This document shows, in pieces, positions 1-11,634 of a stretch of DNA of 64,000 bases. A program made the position numbers and the translations under genes. The notes under the pieces are model-generated. The model worked only from the letters and a program-made list of their open reading frames with translations. It made no database searches and was not told where the DNA came from. Source of the stretch: Takakia lepidozioides (Eukaryota; Plantae; Bryophyta); contig CM060734.1 in NCBI GenBank assembly GCA_030704615.1, positions 47,182,001 through 47,246,000 on the forward strand. The letters are read 5' to 3'. Numbering within the stretch: the first letter of the stretch is position 1; each line of letters starts with the position of its first letter.

Positions 1-662
1 GAATGTGTGCTTTGTGTATTAGGGACTTTGTGGCAGGCACAGAAGGGAGTTTTTGCGCTCTCTAGCTTTTCAGGCAAACAACAAGAGTTTTTGAAGGTGG
101 AATCTACCTCGCTCCGATATGTCTAGGATATTTGCGTTTCAAGACTCGGGAATTGTACAAAAAAGTTCCGGTAGCAGGTAGTGCTGCCTATGTAAGGGGG
201 ATTGAGCTTGGCAGGCAACAGGTAAGAAAACTGTAAGCTAGGGTCAAAATGGATCAATGTACTGCCATTTTTACCCTCCAGATATCGAGTTGCTTCCATA
301 TTCTCCACCCTCCTGACTGTTGTTGAGTCACAAGGTCAAAGTACACTCACAAAACAATTTCTCCTTCGCTTCAGTGCACTATGTTTGTTTGTGCTCTGTT
401 CATTTGTTTGGATTCTTGTCCTAAAGATGTCATACATTTTTTTCCTTTTCTTTATCTCCTCCCTATGGCTGCTAGACCTAGCAAATCGACATTTTTGTGC
501 AACATGTGAATGGCTCAAGTCTGGGCTTTTGAGGAAATCCTGGAGCCAGGAAGTCCTGACTCTTGGTGGCACCGACCAAAAAATGTTGATTTCTACATGT
601 AAACATTTAACACCACGGATGACCCCGTCTTTTTTGTGCAAATTGAACGTAGTTCTCAGAAT

Positions 663-729
663 TCGTCGCTAGTAGTGCGGAGCAACGCGAAGCCCTAGTT
701 CTAGCGACGACCAAAGGTCGAGAGCTAGT
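663..729 (+). mobile_element. Stacked Helitron-like 3' termini (hairpin + CTAGT)
   Basis: GCGGAGCAACGCGAAGCC-CTAGT is followed by a CGACC-AAA-GGTCG hairpin + AGAG-CTAGT; bases 663-699 are identical to 6394-6430. Confidence 0.5.
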
Positions 730-994
730 TTAGCGTAGCGCAGGAATAGGGTGCCATAGTGCCACATCATCGTTGCCACGCTTCGTACGTCATCAATTTT
801 TTTCTATCTGCCCAGATTGCCCGAAAATAACCGGGAGACTGACGCTTTCCCTCCCTGCTTCTGTTTGCTGTTCAAAGGAGAGAGAGAGAGAGCGGAATGG
901 CTACATAGGTTGATAAGGCCTGGCATTTCTGGCCCCTGTATTGTTAGAACAGGTTTAGATAGGTTTGGCTTGCCGAGGCTATCTATATATAGCC

Positions 995-3597
995 ATGAAG
1001 TGTCAAGAAGGGTTAGAAAGAGCTCGAAAGTGCGGAGGGCATTTCTTCAAAACGGCGCATCCAGGAGAGCGTTTTCCAGTGAGAATCCCAGGGAAAAAGG
1101 TAAGCATATTTCAGAGGTAATTAAGTCGTCACAATTATCTCATTCTTGAAAGAACCCTTTGTGTGCCAAGACCAAGAGGGATTGATTTATAATTGTCGGA
1201 GGGTGAGCTTAGAACACTTAGTTTAGCAAGCGGGGTTGCTTCAGGATTATTGTTGGCTGGTGCTGGAGTCCAAGTGCTGAGCTCTAATTTGGGAATCGTC
1301 CACATCAGATTGGTGTGTCAATTTTCACAAGCGCTGCACTATTCTGCTTTAAACCACAAGGCACATTCTTTTTTAATTTCATCCAGCTTGTTGATGATCA
1401 ACTCTCCCCTTGACCAGAACTTCAGCCTCTACGACTTCATGCGGTGGAACCCTAAGTGAGGGTAAAAAGTAACGGAATGCTGTGACGGTTGTATTTTGTG
1501 GACCTGCTGGTTGTATCTACATCAGCAGGTGGCATTTTAGGTCTTTTTCATAGCCTTAGTAAGTAGATTGTAGGCAAACACCTCTTCAAGAGGATATTTG
1601 GGTCGGCAATGAGGCTTAGCTTTTGCTCTACTATGTCACAACTACATTGAGGTGGTGACTATTTGTTGTCATTAATAAACAGTAGCTGTATTAGGTGGGG
1701 AGTGTGTCAACAACTAATGCACAAGCTCATCGCATGTCATGTTCCCAGTTTCAAGCCTGCATGTCAGCAGAATTTGGTCCTCTTGCTGTAATCCATAAGG
1801 CCAGGTTCACAATCACACCTCTGCCAGCTAATCCCTGTTGGAGTGGTAGTAGGGTTGAGTCTTGTACATTTGTCAAGTGGGGCTGAGTCTAGCAATGCTT
1901 CTATGTGTGCAGGGTATGAGAACTTCTATCCAAAGAACAAGAAAGATCTTCCCAAGCGCCGCAATGAGCAGAAATCAGAGTCAAAGAATGGTAAGGGATG
2001 TGTAGCTTTCAAGCCTGCTGTGATGCCTCAGATTTTGGATCTTCTGACAATATATTGAAACATGTTAAACCCTTGGTTTTAGTGTCAAAGAAATTACTTC
2101 ATAACTGCCTACTTTGCAACATGGTTTGCAACTCGAACCAGCACTGGGCAACAGCCTACACGCATCATATCCTTACATATACTAGAGGATCTGAAGCAAA
2201 TGAGGATAAGCTAACCCATTCACGCCAAGATCCTTCACTCAAATGTAATGAAACAATCCAACTACTTCATCCAGTTCCTCATCCTTACTCTTTTTTGCCA
2301 GTTATAATAGTGCAACTCACAGGACAGCTGAAATAACCAATCTTTAATGGGTAGCAATGCAGGAATTCTTACACACAGAATTTGGCAGTTGCAGTCACTG
2401 ATTGCAATGGGTGCTGCCACAGTTGCCATTCTAACCACTCTTTCCATTGGCCGTAGTGACACCCAATAGGTATCCATCTTTGTCTTTATAAGTGTTATGG
2501 CATTCCATCAAGAACTCTTGGTTCACCAAATAGTGACCTACAATCTAGTTCTAAGAGTTACATGTAGAAACTACATCTTGTTGGTCGATATGAATATGTG
2601 CTTAAGCTTCTATGTGCAGAGAGTAAAAATGAACCCTTTCCAGGACATTGAGCCAAGAATGTCTCCTGCTCACTCGCATCTCCCTCTGTAAGTCAGCCCA
2701 CTCTTAATTCCCACATTCCGTGTCATCTTTTTCCAAGCAGATCAGCTTCCAGGATTTTAAGAACAAGCTGCTGAAGCCAGGCCTGGTTGACCGGATTGAA
2801 GTCACAAATAAAAGTCTTACAAAGGTGTATGTGCTGCCTGGGCCTTCCCAGTCTTCTTGGCAAGGGGCATGGGGGGCGGTGGGTCTGATGAAATGCAGAC
2901 TGACACCCAGCCACAGGGTAGCCATGGGGGCAGCCAGTACAAGTATTCCTTCAACATTGGGAGTATTGAGTCCTCTGAGCGTAAGCTGGAGGATGCACAG
3001 GATGTGCTAGGGGTCAACCCTCATAACTATGTCCCAGTTACATGTGTCAGAAATGAGCTGGCAACAGGAACTCCTTCGATTGGCCCCCACGATCCTGTTG
3101 ATTGCAGGATATATCTACTTTACACGACGGATGCAAGAAGGATTTGGAATTGGTGGAGGATTTGGAGGGGGTGGACGTGGGATTTTCAATGTGGGCAAGG
3201 CTCAAGTGACTAAGCTGAGCAAAAAGGCCAAAGATAAGGTTGGTTATGACAACTAGAAAGTTTGGGCAAGACGGGGGTATCTGCCAAGCTTGTTCATCCT
3301 AGAACATTGAAGTAATATGATATGAAGCAAATTGAGACAAGTAGCTGGATAGCTTTTTATGGGGTTATAACTGACACCTTGGAGGGAGGATGAAGAGACG
3401 GATCAGATGTCATGAGGCATATGGGGGATAAGACGTACTGCTCATTGTGTTTGTATGTCAATAGGGAGGAGAACAGACTTGGGTGGAGGGAAGTATTTCT
3501 AGTGAGAACGGACTTCTTAAAAGAGGTTAAATCTCGTTGGTCGGACATTGCAGGTGATGTTCAAAGACATAGCAGGTTGTGACGAGGCCAAACAGGA
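995..3597 (+). pseudogene. FTSH3/10: Mitochondrial m-AAA protease FtsH3/FtsH10-like, 5' part only, frameshifted and truncated before the AAA domain
   Basis: Exons encode RRAFSSENPREK/GYENFYPKNKK, QISFQDFKNKLLKPGLVDRIEVTNK, YKYSFNIGSIESSERKLEDAQ, GGRGIFNVGKAQVTK and VMFKDIAGCDEAKQE with GT-AG introns; frameshifts present; sequence stops at a repeat at 3598. Confidence 0.85.
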
Positions 3598-3744
3598 ACT
3601 AGTGTGATAAGTTGAGTTGGGTGTTTCCTATTGATAGTTTGGAGTGACTTTGACATGATACTGCCAATGTGACAAAAGGAAAGTATCCAGAAACAGGTAA
3701 CAGAGACGATGAGAAGCCGTGGAATGAATACTTTTCTGACCCCA
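3598..3744 (+). repeat. Fragment of the ~575-bp PPR-associated repeat
   Basis: ctagtgtgataagttgagttgggtgtttcct and gatagtttggagtgactttgacatgatactgcc match units at 27443-28953. Confidence 0.8.
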
Positions 3745-4778
3745 ATGCTTGTGGTGTGCTTGTGCAAGCCTGGCAGCCCTAGATAAGGGCAAAGAGGTCC
3801 ATGGTGACATCATCAAAGCCGGAATTGTACCTGGTGGACATGTATGCCAAATGTGGCAGCATTGAGGATGCAAAGGGAATATTTGACAATATGGCTGAAC
3901 GAGGTATGGTGTCGTGGAGGGCGATGATCGCACGATATGCCCAGCATGGTTGTCATAGGGAGGTCCTGCAACTATTCGAAAGAATGCAAAAGGAAAGCTT
4001 CAAGCCAGACAGTAGCGCCTTTCTATGTGTTCCTATGCTGGCCTACTGGATGAAGGAAGAGACTACTGCAGTTCCCTGAGTCCAGATCACGGTGTGACTC
4101 CGACGGTAAAGCACTTTGGCTGCATGATGGACCTTCTTGGACGTGCGGGCGATTGGATGAAGCAGAGGACCTCATGAATAAAATGTGAATGGAACCAGAT
4201 GCTGTGGTGTGAATGGCCTTGCTTGGTGCCTGCAGAATCCATAGCAATGTGGAGATGGCTGAACGTGCGGCAACATCTAATCTCAAGTGGGGTGACCAAG
4301 ATGCTGCGACTTATGTGTTGCTATCAAACATCTATGCTGCAGCTGGCAGGTGGAACGATAGTGCAAAGTTGAGAGAGATGATGAAGGTCAGAGGGGTTAA
4401 AAAGGAGCGAGGTCGCTGCTGCATTGAGGTTGCAGAGAACAGGGTGCACACCTTTGTTGTAGATGACAAATTGCATCCCAAAATTAAGGAAATGCTAAGC
4501 TGAGAAGATTGTCTGGGGCAGATGAAGGAGGCAGGGTATGTGCCTGACACACGCTTTGTATTACGTGATGTTGGGGAGGAGCAAAAAGAAGTTTCTCTTT
4601 GCTACCACAGTGAGAAGCTGGCCATTGGTTTTGGGCTGATAAGCACAGCCCCTAGGACGCCTCTCCGACCTCCACCAAGTTTATCTCAAAGATTGTTGGC
4701 CGAGCAATTATTGTACGGGACGCTAACCTCTTTCACCACTTTGAAGATGGGGTTTGTTCTTGTGGGGATTACTGGTGA
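3745..4778 (+). pseudogene. PLS-class PPR-E-DYW protein pseudogene (organellar RNA-editing factor type)
   Basis: [51 protein letters not shown] and [15 protein letters not shown]; several stops and frameshifts. Confidence 0.9.
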
Positions 4779-6393
4779 AACGTTGTTTTGTTTGTTGGAA
4801 TGGTGCGGATGCCTTGCTTCATTCTTTGATTTGTGTAGCTACTCAGTTCATCCACCATTTCCCGAGAATATTGACCATGATGTACATTTCCGTGCCATAT
4901 CCACAGGAAACAGTAGCGGGGTCTACAGGTGTCTCTGGTGATAGTGGAAGGAAATCAGAATGCCTGTCATATTTCTGGTGTGGGTGGTGGATCTTCTCCA
5001 GAGCTTGAAGATGAAAGTGAATATGATACGCACTTATCTTTTATTTGGACATGTTTGTATGTTTCTCGTGGTGCTGCTTCAGATTGAGCGGTTGACTTGA
5101 AAGCCAGCCTTAACCTACCAAGATCCATCCCATGATGGCCCATTGAAAGTTCACATAATGATTTCGATGGTATTTGGGTATTGTGTTATTGATTGATGGG
5201 TCATGAATTGGATTTGCAGGATTCACTCACATTATAACATCAGTTTATGCATGTTGAAATTCAAGGTTGGGGGACAGAGTACACCTACTCCACCCACTTC
5301 AGAACACAGTTGCCTACATTTTGAGTCATGTGAGTATGTGTGAAGACAGGTGCCGATTGCTGGCATGACTCCTAGTGTTCTCAAGAGCTACTTGAGCTGC
5401 CCATCTCAAACAAGCCGAAAGCTCTCTTAAATATCCACTTAAAGAAAAGTGAACCTCCTTTTCCTCAATCTTTTGCTTCCAATAACTTGCCAATATGTCA
5501 AATTTGGACCCGAAAACTTATGGGCGAAGCTTTTGTTCCATCATTCAGATTCAGTAATGTTTGATGAAATCACACCAAAATAAGGGATATGTAAGAGAGA
5601 AAGAGACGTACGGTCGACTGCTACTCCTTTGGCTGTGACTGCGTTGTCGTCACCGGAACTACTTTGCCTTGTAGTGAGCTCTGGTGTGATTCTGTCACCT
5701 CTTTGGCTAAGGGCGGGATTCTCCTTCCCCATGGTTCTGCATGCTACTTTTCCCCAAAACCACTGACTTATGCTTTCTAGTTTGAGATCCATGTCATTAC
5801 TGCTCAGTCCCTCTGTGACCAAGTCACTGCTGGTTGTGGATGGTGAGTGCCAAGTTATTTGGGGCTTCAGACCTAGTGTGTTTGTTAGTCCCCTGGGGTA
5901 AATTTGAGAGTCAATGTTCACAGAGATTTATTAGTAGGGCAGCATCTCCTCTGGGAGAGAGCAATGCAAACAAACATTGTAAGTTTTACCAAATGGTCAA
6001 GTCACCACTAGTCTTGTGGCAGCAAGCGAAGAAGGCTTGTCGCTTTCTCAAGAAGTGAAATTCCTTTCCAGGAACAAATAAGATACCCTACTAAGTTGTA
6101 TCCATCATAATTTTTGCAGTGAGGAAATTTAGAAGATGACAAGTTGATCTTACTCTAGTGTGGAATGAATTTGGAAAAATTGCATGTCTAGTAGGGTTCA
6201 AGCAGCAACAAGCCTGTTGTTGTTTACCAGATGGCAAGTCCTTTCCTCCCTCCCTTTCTCTTGGTATCGTCTTGGGATCAATGTGACTGTAGCAAACATG
6301 GTCATGTCTACTTCGTCATGTCTACCTCTTGATGCGTAGTCTCTCTCATAAAACTTAAATATAGCCCATTTATCCGGACGTTGTTATGAGAAG

Positions 6394-6430
6394 TCGTCGC
6401 TAGTAGTGCGGAGCAACGCGAAGCCCTAGT
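6394..6430 (+). mobile_element. Helitron-like 3' terminus, second copy
   Basis: 37-bp identity to 663-699, ending CTAGT and followed by (AT)n. Confidence 0.5.
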
Positions 6431-6442
6431 ATATATATACTA

Positions 6443-6616
6443 GGACAACCAAGTTGTAGCCCAGTGCTAAGGGGCACATACCACCTCGAAAGTGGTTGTG
6501 GGTTCAATCCACCCTTGGTGTCACAAAGGGACACCTTCGGAAGGCAGTAACCCTTCGGGGTGAAGAGACACCATAATTAGACACCATAATTTACGCTTCC
6601 TTCAGGAGGTGTCAAA

Positions 6617-6650
<34 letters not shown>
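6443..6650 (+). mobile_element. tRNA-derived SINE with (ATT)n tail
   Basis: A-box-like TAGCCCAGTGCTAA (6457), B-box GGTTCAATCC (6501), TTCG-loop hairpins in the body, (ATT)n tail at 6618-6649. Confidence 0.6.
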
Positions 6651-6655
<5 letters not shown>

Positions 6656-6657
<2 letters not shown>

Positions 6658-7170
6658 TAGGATAGCCTGTGCCATTGGCCCAAATGTCCAATGTCATCTA
6701 AGTCCAAGTGCAATTCCCTATGCATCCACGAACTTGCAGTTTGTTCCATGAAATCCCACTTTACTATTTTTCACGAAATTCCAACGACCAAAAGTACTTG
6801 AAATTCCATATCTCCCATACCGCAGGTCCAAAAATTATGAGACCAAGTCGGTGCACCCCTCCTCATCAAGGGCTTTCCAACCATATCAAGCACCAGGGCT
6901 GGGCCCGTGGTTTAGGAGATCTCAACGCTACAAAACAAACAAACAAACTGCCTTGCTTCATATATATATTAAGGTAGTCTGTGTTGTTGGCCCAAGTGTC
7001 CAATATCATCTATGTCCAAGTGGAATCCCCTATGTATCCAAGTGCGTCTCCTATGTTGAGGCCCAAATGCAACCTCTAGGGTAGCCTGTGCCGTTGGCCC
7101 AAGTGTCCAGTGTCATATAAGTCCAAGTGCAATACCCTATGTATCTAAGTGCGTCTTGGCCTATGTCGAG
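6656..7170 (-). mobile_element. Non-autonomous Helitron-like element with repeated terminal module
   Basis: Minus strand ends GGCACAGGCTATCCTAGT; module gtagcctgtgccgttggcccaagtgtcca occurs about 3 times (6661, 6975, 7081); (TTTG)n near the opposite end. Confidence 0.5.
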
Positions 7171-7972
7171 GCTGTAGATGCATATAATGGTACATTTTTA
7201 TTTTCTGATCGTTTTTTATCTTTAGCCATGCAGTTTCGACATTGTACTGCCAAAACAGAGCAAACTGTTAGTTATTTGGGAATCGTTGGTACAACACTTA
7301 GGAATTAAGTCAGTGTCTGAGACGACCATAGGGAGGAACTCTGACGTCAAAATGACAGTAGGAAGCTGCATCGACAGCATGTCAGGTGGCCAATTCGATA
7401 TCAGTAGCAGCAAGTTGGATATGTTTATCATACCAGTACGACTGTTTGATGACAGGTTGCGATCTTTCTTTTCTCCTTTTTCTCTTATCCAGTAGGTCCG
7501 CACAGTAACAAGACTTGACAATGTTACAGTTAGTTTGTATAGCGATGAAATATCGCAAGACAGCAGAATGTTGCATCGGAACAACGGTGAGTCAAGACGA
7601 CCTCAGGAGCGAGGCGTGGCTACCGACGGTGCAAATGATAGTTGGAGATGATTTCCAAGGATCTGTGAGCCAGTGGCAGAGTCAGAGATCCCAAGGAGCA
7701 CCACCATTAGATTATTTTTCCAAGGAAGTACCGAACTTCTTATACAACGGATCCAGGACGAACGGTGTTTGGAATATATTTTCAACTCCGATTGACCTGA
7801 GAACTTACAGGCTACTACGTAGTACCCAATCATAATTTATCACCAAATTTGGTGATTTATGGTTAAGGTTAGCAATGGCACCGAATTACAAGGCCAACGT
7901 CACTTGCGGCGACCAATTAATTGGTTTCCTATTTGTTCATTGGAGGAAAAATCACAATTTCGCCTTGGAGGT

Positions 7973-8642
7973 TGTTCGGATGAGGAATGCCAACTAGCCA
8001 TCCACGTTAGGGATGAAAAAACATTTATTCATTCCATTTAATGATTTCCATCCAACATTTTAGTTTATTTCATTGTATGATTTTTAAACTATAACTCCAT
8101 CTAGTCTATACTAGTTTAATCTTATTTTCCAATAGTTTTTTAGGCCCAAAAATGGTATAAAAGAGGAGCAAGAGTCCCTTGTTCCTCACCTAGTTTCATT
8201 TACTTGCTTGCCTCTTGCTTGTTGTTAGTCTAGCTTTGTTAGTATGGCTAGATGGAGCCTAGGTCCTAGATAGTAGAGCTTGAGCTTTCTAGTATATGAA
8301 AGCATTTTTAGAGCTAAGGGAGAGGACCTAGCTCATGTGAGGCCATTGAGCCATTTTAGCATTTATAAAGGAGGATTTGTGCAAGCCAAGTGCGGACTCT
8401 GGAGAGGGAGACTTGGAAACGAGTAGGAAGGCCGAGGGTGAACCTAGTTGACGAGTAAAGAAGGGCCGCACAGAGTACCACATCATCGAGTCAGTAGAGC
8501 ATCACAAACACCATTCGCATTTAAATGTTGATTCACACCTCATTTTGCCATAGCTATATATGTGATTTTATTTGTACACCAAACCAAGAATGGTTGATTG
8601 ATATTTGTTTGAAAAATTAGCCCTCTTAAAGATGAGAGGAAC
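7973..8642 (+). mobile_element. Possible degenerate solo LTR
   Basis: Starts TGTTC, ends GGAAC, internal TATAAAA; no TSD found. Confidence 0.25.
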
Positions 8643-8748
8643 CTTTGTGGATTCACAGGTGAAAAAGGTCCATGATCAACAGGGGAAAGTCCCCATTATA
8701 AGGCCAGCTGCACAGGAAAAGTTAAGCCATTGATTTAAGTGTTGATAT

Positions 8749-9142
8749 TGTCGTGCGCATACATATCGCTACACAACTACATCGATGTCCAAAACCACAC
8801 AACACATGTGCACACCAAATACTAGTCTATCATTAGTCCGCCACTAGTGCAGCCACTAGTCCAACCACTAGGCTGCCACTAGTCCATCACAATCGCCCCC
8901 CTAGCTGGCGCTTAGGTCCCTCTAAGTCCAGGTAGCCACAAGATATGATAGTGGTCATAGCCTCACTAAGTCCTCCACCACTGTCCCTACTACACTCAAA
9001 CTCGATACATCAAGGGGTCGGGTGCAAGAGTTGCCCCATCGTTAGTCGCCGTCTTGCAACCTGTGAACTTGAGCCTGGGATCTCGTGTATTGACTCCTAT
9101 GAGCTCGGCCCCACATGTCTTATTAGCTGCCACTAGTCATAT
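8749..9142 (-). mobile_element. 3' UTR + PPT + short LTR of the DNMT/PHD Gypsy family
   Basis: 9005-9070 is a reverse-complement homolog of 44990-45058 (downstream of INT-PHD); minus strand reads PPT AGGGGGGCGAT then TGTGATGG...GCACGACA (LTR 8749-8891). Confidence 0.65.
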
Positions 9143-9441
9143 CACTACAACAAATGGGGGGGGGGGGGGTTTGCGACGCCAGCCGCGGCCCCGCGCGGCG
9201 CTGAGCCTGCAACGTCGAGCCCGCGGCGTTTGTTTGCGACTCCCCGGCGTCGCAATCCCCTGCTGCGACACCATTACGACGCCCAGCCGTCATAAAGTGG
9301 CATGAAGGGGGAAAGAGGGCTCTCGCTTCGACGTTTTTCTTTATCTTGCGACGCCCCGGCGTCGGAAATCCGAATTTTATATTATTATTATTATTTTTGG
9401 GACGTTGCGACGCCTCGGCGTCGCAAAAGCGTCACTAAGGG
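9143..9441 (+). mobile_element. CACTA non-autonomous element, left end only
   Basis: CACTACAACAA terminus, poly-G and GCGACGCC subterminal repeats; similar to 22825-23145. Confidence 0.8.
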
Positions 9442-10384
9442 TACTTGTTTTTTGATACTTTCTTGTTGTCACATAGCAGTATCATGTCAAAGTCACTCCA
9501 AACTAGATTCACTCAACCAGCTAACTTGCAGAATTCAAACATGGAAATTTTGGGCCGATTCTGATAAGAGGGAAAAACAGGGTGAAATATGCTGAAGAAG
9601 ATGTCTTCATTAAGTCATTAGCACATAACTATGAAAGCTATCAAAACATAACTGTTCTAAAGCCAAACATTTTAACACACGTTTATGGATAAAACTCATG
9701 AAAAGCACTTTGCAAAACTACAAAACTTACAAAACACCTCTCTAACCAACCCAGTTCCAAACAACAAGAACCATTCTAGATGATACACACTTTGTTTGCC
9801 ATATCCAACGCATCATAATTAGTTGTCAGCCTTACATAAGCCTTCTCCAGTCCATCAGGCCTTTTGCACAAAATTGCAAGCCCAGAGGTAAGAATACATG
9901 GAATAAGCATCCAAAGGGGAATAGTCCCTGCTCTACCAAGCCAGCCTTGAGGTTCGATTCTAAGCTTGAGATTGCGACTTGACACAGCTAACAACAATCA
10001 TGTCAGCTGATTGTGTGTTCCTGAAGATCTTAAAAATAATCAATCATGGTAATCTCAGGTTGTTGCCCACACAATAAGAGAGGGTGTGATGGTAACCCCA
10101 GGCAGGGCTACTCCAACCCTACATGACAGGATTCTATTTCAGAGTGAAAAGGAATATAACGTAGCATTCTAGCAGGCAAAGAATTGGTATGCTCTTGAGA
10201 AAATGAGCGGTATACTTTGTGAGGGGACTACTTCTCATCCAAAGGCACTCCAGCTTGTGGATGTACCATCATGCCTACCATGACAAAGAGGTGAGAATCT
10301 GTGAAAAGCCTCATGTCAGCCATGAAGACAAAATATTCAATCCAGATCATACCTTATCAAAGTGCTAATCTTCTTTGTCTGGAT

Positions 10385-10690
10385 GTCGATCGTACATCTT
10401 CTTCACTTGAAATCCGGCCCTCTTATGAATCTGGACCCACACTCTATCCCTGGTCCTTCAACTATCCATGCCTGTGTACAAACCATGAATACATCTTCAG
10501 CCTTGTTGCTAGCAGCTGAAGCAGCTGACACTGACGGCGTGAAGTTCTTCGAGGAAACACCCCAACCCTACCTACAGTAACATGTCAAAATCACTACAAA
10601 ACCACCATAGATTCACCAACAAGCTTCTCCACATCTACGTTATCTGTTTTTGGATAATTCTTGCTGCCACATTGGCAATAACTCCAGGTT
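10385..10690 (-). repeat. PPR-associated repeat fragment (another at 9460-9612)
   Basis: Reverse complement of ggatagagtgtgggtccagattcat...gagggccggatttcaag. Confidence 0.75.
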
Positions 10691-11039
10691 AGGCTTTAGG
10701 GCAGTGTTCAGGCTGACATCTAGTACATTTCCAGCTTTGACTATGTCACCATGAACCAGTAAACAGATGCAAAGAGCAAAGGAGAATGTAATTGCCCGAT
10801 GTCTAAGCATTCTCCATGCATGTAAGCCCCCAAGCATTTCTGATCCTCGTAATGGGAGTAGACCTAGAGGGGGTTGTGTCCAAAACCGTAAAGGTTTGGC
10901 CAAAGACTGTCCTTAAAAATGAGGTTAGACATAAACTACCCTAGACTTGTTTTCAATCTATGACAAGAGCGAAGACCCGATCTCATGATCTCAGCAAACA
11001 CCCCTTTATAATGTCACCATCTTATAATTGTCCTTTTCT

Positions 11040-11630
11040 AGGGTTGCAAGTTTGCACATACAATGCGCATTGCAAACACAAAGAAACCTGATGTGGTCAA
11101 TGGGCTAAAACACACCTTAATTCATGCACCATTTGCTTAGAGGTCTTCAAGGACTCCATCCCACTGTACATATCCTGCAATCATGGGCTCCATGATCATA
11201 CACATTTCGTTCAGCCATATTGTTGAACACTCCCTTTGCATCCTTGATGCACCCACATTTGGCATACATGTCTATGTAAGGGTACTATTCAGAATGACAT
11301 ATGGTACAATTCCAGCTTTGACGATGTTACCATGGACCTCTTTGGCCTCTTGGCCTTGACCCGGCCAGGCTGCACTCCTTCCCGCAACATTTGCTCATAT
11401 GTCTCCAATTCCCTCTTGAGCTTGGCATACATCTCCACAAGAGTATTGTTCAGAATGAAATCTGCCACAATTCCAGCTTTGACGATGCAGCCATGGATCT
11501 CTTTGCCCTTCTCCAGCAAGCTCGCACATGCACTACAAACACAAACAAATGTAATTTGTGGTCGGACTTCACCCCCTCCCAAACCATTTGCTCATAGGTC
11601 TCCAAAACCTGCAATCCCCGCCCCTGAAGC
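11040..11630 (-). pseudogene. PPR (PLS) gene fragments
   Basis: ITFVCVCSACASLLEKGKEIHGCIVKAGIVADFILNNTLVEMYAK and DMYAKCGCIKDAKGVFN. Confidence 0.8.
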
Positions 11631-11634
11631 AACA

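Noticed and set aside
6455-6515. tRNA gene
   Set aside because: No convincing cloverleaf or acceptor stem; followed by a SINE-like body and tail
7222-7835. ORFs as a protein-coding gene
   Set aside because: No recognisable motif or consistent exon structure
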